DNA from: an uncultured Bacillota bacterium
GTDB lineage: Bacteria; Bacillota; Dehalobacteriia; UBA7702
Direction: 5' to 3'
Length of the DNA: 64,000 bases
Assembly: GCA_902796855.1 (NCBI GenBank)
Contig: CADBQN010000037.1
Location: forward strand, 761-64,760
Each line of letters starts with the position of its first letter. Position 1 is the stretch's first letter. The translations under genes and the position numbers were made by a program. This document shows positions 45,626 through 55,826 of this stretch, piece by piece. The notes under the pieces are model-generated. The model saw only the letters and a program-made list of their open reading frames with translations. It ran no database searches and was not told the DNA's origin.

Positions 45626-46669
45626 TCAGTCCTCGCCTCCGCCGCTCAGCGTGTATTCCGCCTTCCGGTCGGGAGAAATCACCTGGATGATCGTTCTCCC
45701 CGGCAGCAGTTTGACGGCGGAACCGTCCTCGGCGTCGTAGAAGGAGAAGCCGCGGCCGTTCTGCTGATCCCAGGTGATGGGAATGGCGCGGCCGTACTGC
45801 AGCAGGAGGCCCTCGCCGGCGTCGATGTCCATATCGAGGCGGCCCTCGCTGTCGATGACGGAACTGCTGACATAGAGCACGACGACATTGTCGGCGGTGA
45901 CGGCCTCATCGAGGCCTTCATCCATGTGAAGGTGACCGTCGGAATAGCGCTGATACGTTTCGGCGCTCTCGTCCCATTCGTAGCGGACGGGCTTATAGCG
46001 GTAAGGGAGCGACAGCTCGCTGACGCCGCCGAAGGTGAGTTCATCGGCTTCCGCTTCCGTGAGGAAGGAGAAAGCGGGACAGTCGTCGAGGGAGACCGCG
46101 CCGTAGCCGCGCTTATCCGCGGCGGCGCGGAGGTCTTTATACGAGGTATAGAGATTGTGGGGCGCCTTGCGGCCGCCGACACGGCGGAACGGGCCGCTGA
46201 GACTGATTTCGTCGATGTCCTTGACCGGCGTGTTCTCAATGACGTTATAGGCCTGCTCGCTGCCGCCGCAGTGGACCATGATCGCGTCGTAGCCGTTGAC
46301 GACGTCATAGAAATAGTGGCGGGCGGAACGGACCGGGCCGATGGAATCGGGCATGTGATGATAGAAGAACGCCATAAAACGGGTGATCCCGGCCTCTACC
46401 GGCACCTCAATGAGAAGATCGGCCTCGCCGATGGCGGTCTGCGGCTCCGAGTCGGGGCCGTTCTCGATGGAGACGATAAAGACGTAATCGCCGACGGAGG
46501 CGGGGGAATCGAGCCGTTCACCGTCGAGGGGACAGGTCACGGACGCTTTTTCGCCGCTGTCAGGGACGTAGGAGGCGTCCTCCTCCCCTCCGCCGCCGCA
46601 GGCGGCAAAGGACATCAGCAGCAGCGCGGCGGTGACGCCGGTGAGACAAAGTTTCAGCCATTGTTTCAT
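45626..46669 (-). CDS. DUF3048-family lipoprotein
   Basis: Lipobox SFAAC, VEAGITRF, IGPVRSAR, APHNLY. Confidence 0.85.
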   Translation of the reverse strand: MKQWLKLCLTGVTAALLLMSFAACGGGGEEDASYVPDSGEKASVTCPLDGERLDSPASVGDYVFIVSIENGPDSEPQTAIGEADLLIEVPVEAGITRFMAFFYHHMPDSIGPVRSARHYFYDVVNGYDAIMVHCGGSEQAYNVIENTPVKDIDEISLSGPFRRVGGRKAPHNLYTSYKDLRAAADKRGYGAVSLDDCPAFSFLTEAEADELTFGGVSELSLPYRYKPVRYEWDESAETYQRYSDGHLHMDEGLDEAVTADNVVVLYVSSSVIDSEGRLDMDIDAGEGLLLQYGRAIPITWDQQNGRGFSFYDAEDGSAVKLLPGRTIIQVISPDRKAEYTLSGGGED

Positions 46670-46694
46670 TTTTTCTCTCCCATCTTGAATAAAC

Positions 46695-47072
46695 TCATAA
46701 ATTGATTTGAAGCAGTTCCGCCAGATGCGGAGCGAAGAGCAGCACGCCGATGACAACGGCGATGACGCAGACGATGAGGACGGCGCCGGCGGCGACGTCC
46801 TTGACGACGGCGGCCAGGGGATGATACTCCCGGGTGAACAGATCGACGAGATTCTCCAGGGCGGTGTTGATCATCTCGGCAAAGAGCACAAAGGCGACGA
46901 GCAGCGACAGAACCGCCAGTTCCGTCCCGGAAAGGCCGAGGACCGCGCCGAGAAGAAAGGCGGCGCAGCCCATGACGAGATGCACGCGGAAATTCCGCTC
47001 ATGACGGAGACAGTGCAGAAGCCCGCGGCAGGCGTAGCCGAAACTCTCCCGAAAGGAGGACGCTTTTTTCAT
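46695..47072 (-). CDS. dgkA: Diacylglycerol/undecaprenol kinase family
   Basis: ERNFRVH, EMINTALE, KDVAAGAV. Confidence 0.92.
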   Translation of the reverse strand: MKKASSFRESFGYACRGLLHCLRHERNFRVHLVMGCAAFLLGAVLGLSGTELAVLSLLVAFVLFAEMINTALENLVDLFTREYHPLAAVVKDVAAGAVLIVCVIAVVIGVLLFAPHLAELLQINL

Positions 47073-47548
47073 CGCGTCACCCCCATGGCCGTCAGGCAGC
47101 GGTCGGCGGCGTCTTCCATCTCAAGGCGGTCCGCCTCCTCGATGTGGTCGTAACCGAGCAGGTGCAGAAAACCGTGAAGCGCCAGAAAGCAGATTTCCCG
47201 CTCAAAGCCGTGGCCGTACTCGGCGGCCTGAGCGGCGCAGCGCTCCGTCGAGATCAAAATATCCCCGAGGGACGGCCGCTCCATTCCGGGCAGCGGCGCG
47301 GGCAGAGCGGACCATTCGGCTCTCCCCGCCGTCATCGGGAAGGAGAGGACGTCGGTGGCGCGGTCAATCCCGCGGAACCGCCGGTTAAAGCGGCGGATCG
47401 TCGCGTCGTCGGTAAAACCGATGGTCACGGAGAAAAAGCCGGGCACCGCCTCGGTCTTGGCCGCGCGGCGCAGCACGGAGCCTGTTTTTTTCATCATCGC
47501 CGCGTCGGGAGCGAGCTCCCGACGGCGGGCGCGCATTTCAATCCTCAT
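47069..47548 (-). CDS. ybeY: rRNA maturation endoribonuclease YbeY
   Basis: TDVLSFP, LGDILIS, HGFLHLLGYDH. Confidence 0.95.
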   Translation of the reverse strand: MRIEMRARRRELAPDAAMMKKTGSVLRRAAKTEAVPGFFSVTIGFTDDATIRRFNRRFRGIDRATDVLSFPMTAGRAEWSALPAPLPGMERPSLGDILISTERCAAQAAEYGHGFEREICFLALHGFLHLLGYDHIEEADRLEMEDAADRCLTAMGVTR

Positions 47549-49794
47549 GATTCGATCCTCGCCGCTTCCTTTTCCTCGCCTTCCGCGCCTTTTTCCCGGT
47601 CATCATCATGGACGCCGTCCTTTTCCGCCATCTTCGACACCATTTTGATACCGGATTTCTTGGCCAATGCTTTCAGGTCGGGGTAACGGATGCGGTGGTG
47701 GGTCATGCCGTCGTAGACGGCGACAAAGGCGTCCTGAATGACGTGGAGATCACGGAAAGTCAGGTCGCATTCCTCGAACTGTCCCTCTTCCAGCTTATCG
47801 GTGATGAGCCCGTGGATCTTCGCCGCCATTTCCCGCTTGGACATCGGCGGCATGCTCTGGAGCGCGGCCTGCACCGTATCGGCCATCATCACCAGGGCGC
47901 TTTCCCGCGTCTGCGGCTTCGGGAAGGGATAGGAAAACTCTTCCTCGGTGACGTCGTCGCCGTTCTCCTTGGCTTTGTGGTAGAAATACTTGACGACGCT
48001 GCTGCCGTGGTGTTCGGCAATGATGTTGACGACGACGTCGGGAAGGCCGTATTCCCGGGCCATTTCAACTCCGTCCTTCACGTGGGAGACGAGGATCAGC
48101 GTGGACATCGCCGGGGTCAGTTTATCGTGGGGGTTTGTCCCACCCTCCTGATTTTCGGTAAAGTAAGCGGGCCGCTCCAATTTGCCGATATCGTGATAGT
48201 ACGAAGCCACCCGGGTCAGCAGCGGATCGGCGCCGATGGCGTCGGCGGCGGATTCCGCCAGGTTGGCCACGAGGATGCTGTGGTAATACGTCCCCGGCGC
48301 CTCGGCCATCAGCCGCTTGATCAGCGGGTGGCCCGTCGAGGAGAGTTCCATCAGTTTCATCGGCGTCGCCAGTTTCAGCGTGTTTTCCAAAAGGGGAATC
48401 GCCCCCAGGGCGATGAGGGAGGAGAGCAGGCCGCTGATGAAGCCCACGGCGCCGCCGATGAGAGCCGTCCGCGGCGACTGCTCACCGATGAGGGCGAGGA
48501 CGAGAATCATCAGGAAATTGACGAGACCAAGGTACAGGCCGAAACTGACAAGCTGATAGCGCTCGCGGATGCGGCCGACGGTATAAAGGGTAAACAGCGA
48601 GGCCACCGCCGCCACAATCAGGTACAGCGGCTGGCTCAGCACGAGGACGAACATCATCAGCCCGGCAAAGGTCGTGGTGATGAAGGCCACGCGCTGGTTC
48701 GTCAGGGTCGAAAAGATCATCGCCACCGCCGGCAGGGGCAGCAGGAAGCCGAGGACGCTGTGGAGCGTCCCCGTGGCCGAGGAGACCATCAGCATGATCC
48801 CCTGACAGAGCAGGAGAAAGACGATGATGACGAGGCCGACCATGAGGATCCCTTCCCGCTCATAGGCGTAAAGGGGGAAATAGCGTTTGCAGTAGACGAA
48901 GAGGAGCAGATAGAGGAAGAAAACGTAGAGCAGCACGCCGAAGAAATAGGCAATGCCCTTCCCTTCCGTAAGCATCCCGGCTTTTTGCAGCGCTTCCAGC
49001 TGTTCCGCCGTGATTTCGGTGCCCTCGTCCACGATCTTTTCGCCGGAGCGCAGCGTCACTTCCTCGGGCTGGATCTCGGCGACGCGCTTCGCCGTGATCG
49101 CCGCCGTTTCTTCCTCATCAAGGATGTAGTTGGCCTCGATGTCGAGGGTGCTGATGACGGCGTGGCCGACGACTTTTTCATCGTCGCTGTAATCGCTCTC
49201 GTCGATCCACTCGTTGAGCTCGGCGACGTAGTTTTCCAAATCCGAGTCTTTGACGCCGTCAGCGTAGGAAGCGGAAAGATAGGAACGGACGGAAGCGGTG
49301 ACGGTGGCGATGGCTTCCAGGGAGACGCTGTTCAGCGCCGATTCATAGACGGCGGCGTCATCACCGTCGCCAAAAATGTCATGGTAGAGGGAAACGGCTT
49401 CCTCGGAGTCGTGATCCTCAATGGCTTTGATCTCGCTCATATCATTGAGGAACTGATCGAGAGCGTCGTTCAGCGCCTCCAGCTTCGTCTTGTCGAGGAT
49501 ATAGACGTCGTTGACGGCGGCCTCGACTTCGGCCACGGCCTTTTCGTAGGCGACGTCGCTGGTATAGGTGAACGTCGCCCCCTCATAGATCAGGGACTGG
49601 GAGGCGATGTCGCCGGCCTCATAGGAGCGGCTGGAACCAACGGACGTCAGCAGCAGGATGACGGCGGAAAGGACGGCGAAACCGATCCAGTACCAAATCA
49701 GGTTCGTTTTCAGCAGTTTCTCCCGGACTTCCGCGGAGAACAGGCTGCCGGCGGAAAAGAGCCGCCGGGATTTGCGGGTATTATTCTGTGCCAT
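47545..49794 (-). CDS. 7TM-HD phosphohydrolase (YqfF/PgpH-like c-di-AMP phosphodiesterase)
   Basis: Extracellular domain, TM block, EAPGTYYHS, YYHDIGK, EHHG, MMAD. Confidence 0.92.
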   Translation of the reverse strand: MAQNNTRKSRRLFSAGSLFSAEVREKLLKTNLIWYWIGFAVLSAVILLLTSVGSSRSYEAGDIASQSLIYEGATFTYTSDVAYEKAVAEVEAAVNDVYILDKTKLEALNDALDQFLNDMSEIKAIEDHDSEEAVSLYHDIFGDGDDAAVYESALNSVSLEAIATVTASVRSYLSASYADGVKDSDLENYVAELNEWIDESDYSDDEKVVGHAVISTLDIEANYILDEEETAAITAKRVAEIQPEEVTLRSGEKIVDEGTEITAEQLEALQKAGMLTEGKGIAYFFGVLLYVFFLYLLLFVYCKRYFPLYAYEREGILMVGLVIIVFLLLCQGIMLMVSSATGTLHSVLGFLLPLPAVAMIFSTLTNQRVAFITTTFAGLMMFVLVLSQPLYLIVAAVASLFTLYTVGRIRERYQLVSFGLYLGLVNFLMILVLALIGEQSPRTALIGGAVGFISGLLSSLIALGAIPLLENTLKLATPMKLMELSSTGHPLIKRLMAEAPGTYYHSILVANLAESAADAIGADPLLTRVASYYHDIGKLERPAYFTENQEGGTNPHDKLTPAMSTLILVSHVKDGVEMAREYGLPDVVVNIIAEHHGSSVVKYFYHKAKENGDDVTEEEFSYPFPKPQTRESALVMMADTVQAALQSMPPMSKREMAAKIHGLITDKLEEGQFEECDLTFRDLHVIQDAFVAVYDGMTHHRIRYPDLKALAKKSGIKMVSKMAEKDGVHDDDREKGAEGEEKEAARIES

Positions 49795-50743
49795 GTCTTT
49801 CTGCCCTCTCATAGGCGTTGATGATTTTCTGCACCAGGGGATGACGGACGACGTCCAGATGGGTCATATAGGCAAAGCCGATGCCGTCGACATCGCGGAG
49901 AATCCGTTCGGCGTGGACGAGGCCGCTCTTTTCCCCGGGGCCGAGATCCACCTGGGTGATGTCGCCGGTGACGACGGCCCTGGAGCCGAATCCGATGCGG
50001 GTGAGGAACATTTTCATCTGGGGGATCGTCGTGTTCTGCGCCTCGTCGAGGATGATGAAGGCGTCGTCCAGCGTGCGGCCGCGCATATACGCCAGGGGCG
50101 CGACCTCAATGACGCCCTTTTCCATCATCTTCCGGGCGGTATCGCCGCCGAGGATGTCCGAGAGGCTGTCGTAGAGCGGGCGGAGGTAGGGATCGACCTT
50201 GTCCTGGAGGTCGCCGGGGAGAAAGCCGAGCTTTTCACCGGCCTCCACGGCGGGACGGGTCAGCAAAATGCGGCGGACTTCCTTCCGTTTCAGGGCCAGC
50301 ACCGCCTCGACAACGGCGAGATACGTCTTGCCGGTGCCGGCGGGGCCCACGGCAAAGACGATGTCGTTTTCGCCGAGAAGGTCGATATAGCGCCGCTGCC
50401 CCAGCGTCCGCGCCTTGATCTTTTTGCCCCGGGGCGTCACGTAGATGTTCCCCGTCAGCGACGGCGCGACGTTTTCGCCGCTTTCCGCAGCGGAGGCCAG
50501 GGCGTAGTTCAGCACCGTTTCGTTGATCTCGACCCCGGCGGAAGCCAGGGTTTTCAGATGAGCGAAGACCCTGGTGACGGTTTCCCGCTCCGCGTCGCCG
50601 CCTTTGATATGCACTTCATCGCCGCGAACGAGGATCTCGGCGTCGGTTTCCTTCTCGATCCGGAGGAGATTTTCGTCACAGCGGCCGAGAACGGCGGCAC
50701 TCTCCTCGCCCAGGGACAGCACCGTTACATTTTTATTACTCAA
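49781..50743 (-). CDS. phoH: PhoH family ATPase
   Basis: GPAGTGKT, RPAVEAGEKLGFLPG, AYMRGRT, DEAQN. Confidence 0.96.
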   Translation of the reverse strand: MSNKNVTVLSLGEESAAVLGRCDENLLRIEKETDAEILVRGDEVHIKGGDAERETVTRVFAHLKTLASAGVEINETVLNYALASAAESGENVAPSLTGNIYVTPRGKKIKARTLGQRRYIDLLGENDIVFAVGPAGTGKTYLAVVEAVLALKRKEVRRILLTRPAVEAGEKLGFLPGDLQDKVDPYLRPLYDSLSDILGGDTARKMMEKGVIEVAPLAYMRGRTLDDAFIILDEAQNTTIPQMKMFLTRIGFGSRAVVTGDITQVDLGPGEKSGLVHAERILRDVDGIGFAYMTHLDVVRHPLVQKIINAYERAERHGTE

Positions 50744-50870
50744 AAGGCATAATCTCCCAATGTAAAATACTTAAGTTACCGTTATTATACTCCTTTTTTT
50801 TTCGGAGCACAACCCTTTTTCAAAAAACGCCGAAAAACGGGGAAGCGGCCGCTCCCCTTTCGGCGCGTCC

Positions 50871-52046
50871 TCAGCGTTCCCCGGCGGTCATGGCGATGTC
50901 CTCCTCCGTTTCCAGCGTCACGGCGACGCCGACGGCGCCGGGAACGTCCCGGAGGACGCGGCGCTGACGGCCGACGATGACGGCGTTTTCCGGGATCTCC
51001 CGCTCCGCCAGGTTCCCGGCCTTCTTTTCGGCGGCGGCGAGGGCCCGTTCCTCCTTTCGGCGGGAGAGCCGCGGCGCGGAGCGCCGGTACGACACCGCCT
51101 CCACCGTCCAGCCAAAGAGGGAAAGCCGCCGCGTCCCGGTGACAAAATCGTCAAAATCGTTGCCTGGCCCCTCAAAGAGGATCACCTCGGCGCCGTCCTT
51201 TTCCGCCCGGACGCTGCCGGTCACCGCGCCGCCGGGGGAGCCGCTGACGGCGGCGAGGCTGACATAGGCGACCCCCTCGTACCAGACGGCGGCGGTGACG
51301 ACGCCTTTGGCGGCGGTATCAACGAAGACCGGTTCCCGCCCCTCCTCCTCGTAGACGACGTGACCGGAGATGAGGACGTCGCCTTTGCGCACCGTCTGCC
51401 CCACCGCCGCCCGGCCCTGCCCCCGAAGGACGAGGAGCTGTTTAATGACGCCGTCCTTGGCGGCGACGACGTCATCGCCGCCGGGCCCGGTCTCGGCCTC
51501 GGTTCTGGCGGCGACATGGAGCTTTAAGGCAACGCCGCCGGTCTCCACCTCGGCCCAGGAGAGATCGGGGCAGCGGCGCAGCAGGGAATGGGCGATCTCC
51601 CTGCCGTCCACGGCGGATTTGAGCACCGGCGTTTTCAGCCCCGCTTCCCGCGCCGCCGCGGCGATTTCCCTTTTCTCCCCGGCGGAGAGGCCGCCGCCGT
51701 CGTCGACGATCTCCGTCCGCCAGGAGACGGAGGAGACAAAGAGCAGGGCGACGAGGATCAGGCCGAGGGTGACCCAGACCGGTAACCGGCGGCGCAGATA
51801 CCGGGGGAAAAGGACGGCGCCGCCGAAAGCGACAACACGCGGATGGACGTTTTCCGACGCGGCGGCGGCGCGGAGCAGAGGGAGATCCGCCGCGGCGACG
51901 CGGAAGCGGACGCCGTCCTTTTCCTTCCGCGCGGCGGCAACGGAAACGCCGGCGGCGGCGAGACGGCGCAGAAAGGATTCGCCCCCGCCGCTTTCGCAGG
52001 GAAGGAACACCTCGGCGCTGCCGCCGCGCTCTCCGGGGATCCTCAT
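50871..52046 (-). CDS. yqfD: Sporulation protein YqfD (divergent)
   Basis: VVAAKDGVI..G..V.KGDVLISG, ETEEDIA; synteny with phoH. Confidence 0.8.
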   Translation of the reverse strand: MRIPGERGGSAEVFLPCESGGGESFLRRLAAAGVSVAAARKEKDGVRFRVAAADLPLLRAAAASENVHPRVVAFGGAVLFPRYLRRRLPVWVTLGLILVALLFVSSVSWRTEIVDDGGGLSAGEKREIAAAAREAGLKTPVLKSAVDGREIAHSLLRRCPDLSWAEVETGGVALKLHVAARTEAETGPGGDDVVAAKDGVIKQLLVLRGQGRAAVGQTVRKGDVLISGHVVYEEEGREPVFVDTAAKGVVTAAVWYEGVAYVSLAAVSGSPGGAVTGSVRAEKDGAEVILFEGPGNDFDDFVTGTRRLSLFGWTVEAVSYRRSAPRLSRRKEERALAAAEKKAGNLAEREIPENAVIVGRQRRVLRDVPGAVGVAVTLETEEDIAMTAGER

Positions 52047-52333
52047 CGTTCCATCCCCCCTTCCGCCGGGAAGCGGACGCTGTCGACGCGGCCCTCCACG
52101 GCGAGGTCCCTTTCGGTGAGGACCGCGAGGACGAGGCCGCCGCCGCTGACGACGATTTCCCCGACGCCGCTGGCGATCCGCACCTCCTCACCGCTGAAAC
52201 GGCGGACGCCGCCGTGGTTCTCCACGCGCAGACCGTTCCGGCCGGTGACGACGATCCGCGGCACCCCGGCGGCGAGCTCCCCGGGGAGATCCAGGGCGGA
52301 CGTGACAAAACGGCTCAGCTGTTCTCTGTTCAA
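52043..52333 (-). CDS. yqfC: Sporulation protein YqfC/YabP family
   Basis: LDLPGEL..PRIVVTG..VENHGGV..VEGRV; TTG start. Confidence 0.8.
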   Translation of the reverse strand: MNREQLSRFVTSALDLPGELAAGVPRIVVTGRNGLRVENHGGVRRFSGEEVRIASGVGEIVVSGGGLVLAVLTERDLAVEGRVDSVRFPAEGGMER

Positions 52334-52496
52334 GGAAATCCCTCCGCTCTTTCGTTCCCGGACCGGCGGCCCGGGAAAAATGTCTTCAAAAAAGGAACCA
52401 TATGTGGTATAATGAATTATTATCCGGCCCACCGGCCGGGAAAGCGACAAATCGGTTCTACGCCATAAATAATACTATTAAAAAGAGGAACGTCCT

Positions 52497-54236
52497 ATGA
52501 AACAACTGATGACAGGCAATGAAGCCATCGCCTTAGGCGCCTGGGAAGCCGGTGTCCGCGTCGTGGCGGCCTATCCCGGCACGCCCTCGACGGAGATCAC
52601 GGAAAACGCCGCCAAATACGACGAGATCTACGCCGAATGGGCCCCCAACGAAAAGGTCGCCATGGAAGTCGCCATCGGCGCCGCCCTCAGCGGCGGCCGC
52701 GCCATGGCCTGCATGAAGCATGTCGGCGTCAACGTCGCCATGGACCCCCTGATGACCGTGGCCTTTTCCGGCGTCAAAGGCGGTCTCGTGCTGATCACCG
52801 CCGACGACCCCGGGATGCACAGCTCCCAGAACGAGCAGGACAACCGCCGTCTCGGCCGCTTCGCCAAGATCCCCGTGCTGGAACCTTCCGATTCCGAGGA
52901 GTGCCGCGATTTCATCAAGGCCGCCTTTGAGATCAGCGAAGCGTTCGATACCCCGGTGATGCTGCGGCTCACCACCCGGGTGGCGCACTCCCAGTCCCTC
53001 CTCGAAAAGGGGCTGCGGGTGGAAAAGGAACTCCCTCCCTACGAACGGGATCCCCAAAAATACGTCATGGTCCCGGCCAACGCCCGGCCCCGCCACGTCA
53101 TCGCCGAGGAGCGGCTTTTAAAGCTGGCGGCGATGAGCGACGAATCGCCGCTGAACCGCGCCGAGATCAACGATAAAAAAATCGGCGTCATCTGCGCCGG
53201 GATCGTCTATCAGTACGTCAGGGAAGCCCTGCCCGAAGCCTCGGTGCTGAAGATCGGCCTCTCCAACCCCCTGCCCAAAAAGATGATCCGCGCCTTCGCC
53301 GCCGAAGTCGAAAAACTCTATGTCATTGAGGAACTCGACGACGTCATGGAAGAACAGATCCGCGGCATGGGCCTGGACGTCACCGGCAAGGACGTCTTTC
53401 CCCTCGTCGGCGAGATCTTCCCCGAGACCATCCGGGAAAAACTCCTTGGCGAAAAAAAGGAAATCGCCTATCGGTACGACGGCGACATCGTCGTCCGGCC
53501 GCCGGTCCTCTGCGCCGGCTGTCCCCACCGCGGCACCTTCCACGTGCTGAAAAAGGCCAAAGTCAATGTTTTGGGCGACATCGGCTGCTACACCCTGGGG
53601 GCCCAGCCGCCGCTGGCCGCCATCGACACCACCATCTGCATGGGCGCCGGCGTCGGCATGGCGCTGGGCATGGAAAAAGTCCGGGGAAAAGATTTCTCCA
53701 AAGAGACCGTCGCCGTCATCGGCGATTCCACCTTTATGCATTCGGGCATCACCGGCCTCGTCGACGTTTTCTACAACAAGGGCTGCACCACGACGATCGT
53801 TCTCGACAACCACATCACCGCCATGACCGGCCATCAGCAAAACCCCCTCACCGGTTTCACCGTCAAGGGCGAGCCCACCAACGCGGTGGATCTGGAAGCG
53901 CTGATCCGCGGCATCGGCATCCGCCGTGTCACCGTCGTGGATCCCTTTGACGTCAAGGGCTTTGCCAAAGTCCTCAAAGAAGAGCTGGCCGCCGAGGAAC
54001 CCTCGGTCATCATCGCCCGCCGCCCCTGCGAACTGCTGCTCAAAGGCGAAAAGGACAGCTACTACATCGAGGCCGAACGCTGCCTCCGCTGCGGCAAGTG
54101 CCTGAAGATCGGCTGCCCCGCCATTGAGAAAACGGCGAGCAAGGTCCCGATCATTCACGGCGATCAATGCGTCGGCTGCGGCCTCTGCCAGAACGTCTGC
54201 GGCAACGACGGCGTCATCCGAAAGGAAGGTGAATGA
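52497..54236 (+). CDS. iorA: Indolepyruvate:ferredoxin oxidoreductase alpha subunit (second copy)
   Basis: LMTGNEA, YPGTPSTE, SSQNEQD, PPVLCAGCPH, GDIGCY, TAMTGHQ. Confidence 0.95.
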   Translation: MKQLMTGNEAIALGAWEAGVRVVAAYPGTPSTEITENAAKYDEIYAEWAPNEKVAMEVAIGAALSGGRAMACMKHVGVNVAMDPLMTVAFSGVKGGLVLITADDPGMHSSQNEQDNRRLGRFAKIPVLEPSDSEECRDFIKAAFEISEAFDTPVMLRLTTRVAHSQSLLEKGLRVEKELPPYERDPQKYVMVPANARPRHVIAEERLLKLAAMSDESPLNRAEINDKKIGVICAGIVYQYVREALPEASVLKIGLSNPLPKKMIRAFAAEVEKLYVIEELDDVMEEQIRGMGLDVTGKDVFPLVGEIFPETIREKLLGEKKEIAYRYDGDIVVRPPVLCAGCPHRGTFHVLKKAKVNVLGDIGCYTLGAQPPLAAIDTTICMGAGVGMALGMEKVRGKDFSKETVAVIGDSTFMHSGITGLVDVFYNKGCTTTIVLDNHITAMTGHQQNPLTGFTVKGEPTNAVDLEALIRGIGIRRVTVVDPFDVKGFAKVLKEELAAEEPSVIIARRPCELLLKGEKDSYYIEAERCLRCGKCLKIGCPAIEKTASKVPIIHGDQCVGCGLCQNVCGNDGVIRKEGE

Positions 54237-54237
54237 G

Positions 54238-54813
54238 ATGAGCGTAAAAAACATCCTCATCGCCGGCGTCGGCGGTCAAGGCACCGTCCTCACGGCAAAA
54301 GTCCTCTCCCGCCTGCTGATCCGGAAGGGGTACGATATCAAGGTTTCCGAAATCCACGGCATGTCCCAGCGCGGCGGCAGCGTCGTCACCCAGGTGCGCT
54401 ACGGCGAAAAGGTCTTCTCCCCGATCATCGCGCCGGCGACCGCCGACGTGATTCTGGCCTTTGAGAAATTAGAGGCCGTCCGCGCCCTGCCCTACCTGAA
54501 AGAGGGCGGCGCCGTCATCGTCAACGAGCGGGAGATCAACCCGATGCCCGTCGTCATGGGCAAGGCCAAATACCCGGCGGATCTCGAGTCGTTCTTAAAC
54601 TGCTGCGGCGCCGAAGCGTACATTTTCGACGCCTACATCCAGGCCGTTGCCGCCGGGAACCCCAAATGCCTCAACATGGTGATGCTCGGCGCCTGGGCGA
54701 AAAAGGCCGGCTTCGACCCGGAAGAATGCCTCGCCGTCATCGAAGAGAACGTGCCGCCGAAATTCCTGGAAGTCAACAAAAAAGGCTTTATGAGAGGGTA
54801 CGATGTCTTCTAA
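54238..54813 (+). CDS. iorB: Indolepyruvate:ferredoxin oxidoreductase beta subunit (second copy)
   Basis: GVGGQGT, SEIHGMSQRGGSV, NMVMLGA. Confidence 0.93.
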   Translation: MSVKNILIAGVGGQGTVLTAKVLSRLLIRKGYDIKVSEIHGMSQRGGSVVTQVRYGEKVFSPIIAPATADVILAFEKLEAVRALPYLKEGGAVIVNEREINPMPVVMGKAKYPADLESFLNCCGAEAYIFDAYIQAVAAGNPKCLNMVMLGAWAKKAGFDPEECLAVIEENVPPKFLEVNKKGFMRGYDVF

Positions 54814-55072
54814 GAAGCTCTACGCCCCCTTCGTCGACGGCAAACGGTTCCTCTGCTCCCGCTGTTTTTCCAAACTGAATCCCATCGAAAAATACGGCTC
54901 CGACGAGACGGGGCTCTGGTTCATCGCCTCCTGTGCCGGCTGCGGCGCGAAAATGCGCTGGTACCGTCGGGCCGACGGCAACGTGGACACGCCGGACGAG
55001 GAACAGAGCGAGGAAAACGCCTTTTCCTTCCATATCGAGAACGGCGAAGTGCTGATGACAACAGAAGAATGA
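54803..55072 (+). CDS. Small zinc-ribbon protein with acidic tail
   Basis: CSRC...CAGC; overlaps the iorB stop; followed by a terminator. Confidence 0.65.
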   Translation: MSSKKLYAPFVDGKRFLCSRCFSKLNPIEKYGSDETGLWFIASCAGCGAKMRWYRRADGNVDTPDEEQSEENAFSFHIENGEVLMTTEE

Positions 55073-55074
55073 CA

Positions 55075-55101
55075 AAAACCACCGGTTTTACCGGTGGTTT
55101 T
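55075..55101 (+). terminator. Intrinsic terminator
   Basis: AAAACCACCGGT-TTT-ACCGGTGGTTTT. Confidence 0.8.
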
Positions 55102-55169
55102 GCTTTTTCCGCGGCGCTTCCTTAGACACAAAAAAACAGGAGACATAAATCACATCCCCGCTCAAAACA

Positions 55170-55213
55170 TTGGGAACGGTTCCTCTTGACCTATCATTCG
55201 GAACCGTTCCCAA
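55170..55213. repeat. REP-like inverted repeat at the island edge
   Basis: TTGGGAACGGTTCC...GGAACCGTTCCCAA, 14-bp perfect arms; same core as 34994. Confidence 0.6.
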
Positions 55214-55218
55214 CGCTC

Positions 55219-55605
55219 TTAATTATCTTTTTTTAAAACCTGTACAAGTTTCAACAAAAAACTAAAAAACAGGATAAAAACACAGGGATAACCGGGAAAG
55301 AAAGGATGGAAGACCATAAAAGCGCCGCCCATTTCCTCCCAGAAGATACCGTAAGGCAAGGAAAAAAAGATTAAACAGACGCAGGGGATCATCAGCGCGA
55401 TCCACATTTTTCCGGTGTACTCCGATGTAAAAAGGAAATAGAGAAATGCGGACACAAAAAGATAATAGAAAAACAATCCCCAATACGCCGGGCTCGCCCA
55501 GGAAGGCGCCGCAGTGAAATGGGCGAAACCCGAGACCCAATGACCCAGCCATAACAAAAGGATCGGCGCTGAAATCGTAACAACGAATGCCGCTTTTTTT
55601 CGCAT
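55219..55605 (-). CDS. Hypothetical small membrane protein (about 4 TM)
   Basis: Very hydrophobic, Phe-rich; RBS GGGAGTGAG. Confidence 0.6.
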   Translation of the reverse strand: MRKKAAFVVTISAPILLLWLGHWVSGFAHFTAAPSWASPAYWGLFFYYLFVSAFLYFLFTSEYTGKMWIALMIPCVCLIFFSLPYGIFWEEMGGAFMVFHPFFPGYPCVFILFFSFLLKLVQVLKKDN

Positions 55606-55826
55606 CAATCTCACTCCCATCATTTTCACTTACATCAAAAAGACATTTCCTCCGCTGACCGCGGATGAGTCGCTTAAGTTATATTATATAAAAAAATTAA
55701 CATAAATCCATTAAAACCGCAGAGAAAATGGTTGATAAATTTAATCATCACGTATGGTGAAATTTTTCATCGGTATTGAGTTTTGCGTTAAGTGTATAAT
55801 TTTGCGATAAAAAAAGTTATTATACA

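Noticed and set aside
47608-49821. Long antisense ORFs (also 35136-37073, 2216-3634, 3718-5085, 11391-12887, 43135-44709)
   Set aside because: Shadow frames of well-supported opposite-strand genes in high-GC DNA; no motifs or RBS.
55771-55787. sigma54 promoter CGGTATTGAGTTTTGCG (and a TTTTGCAT upstream of tauE)
   Set aside because: GG-GC spacing is 11 rather than 10; the tauE site lacks the -24 GG.
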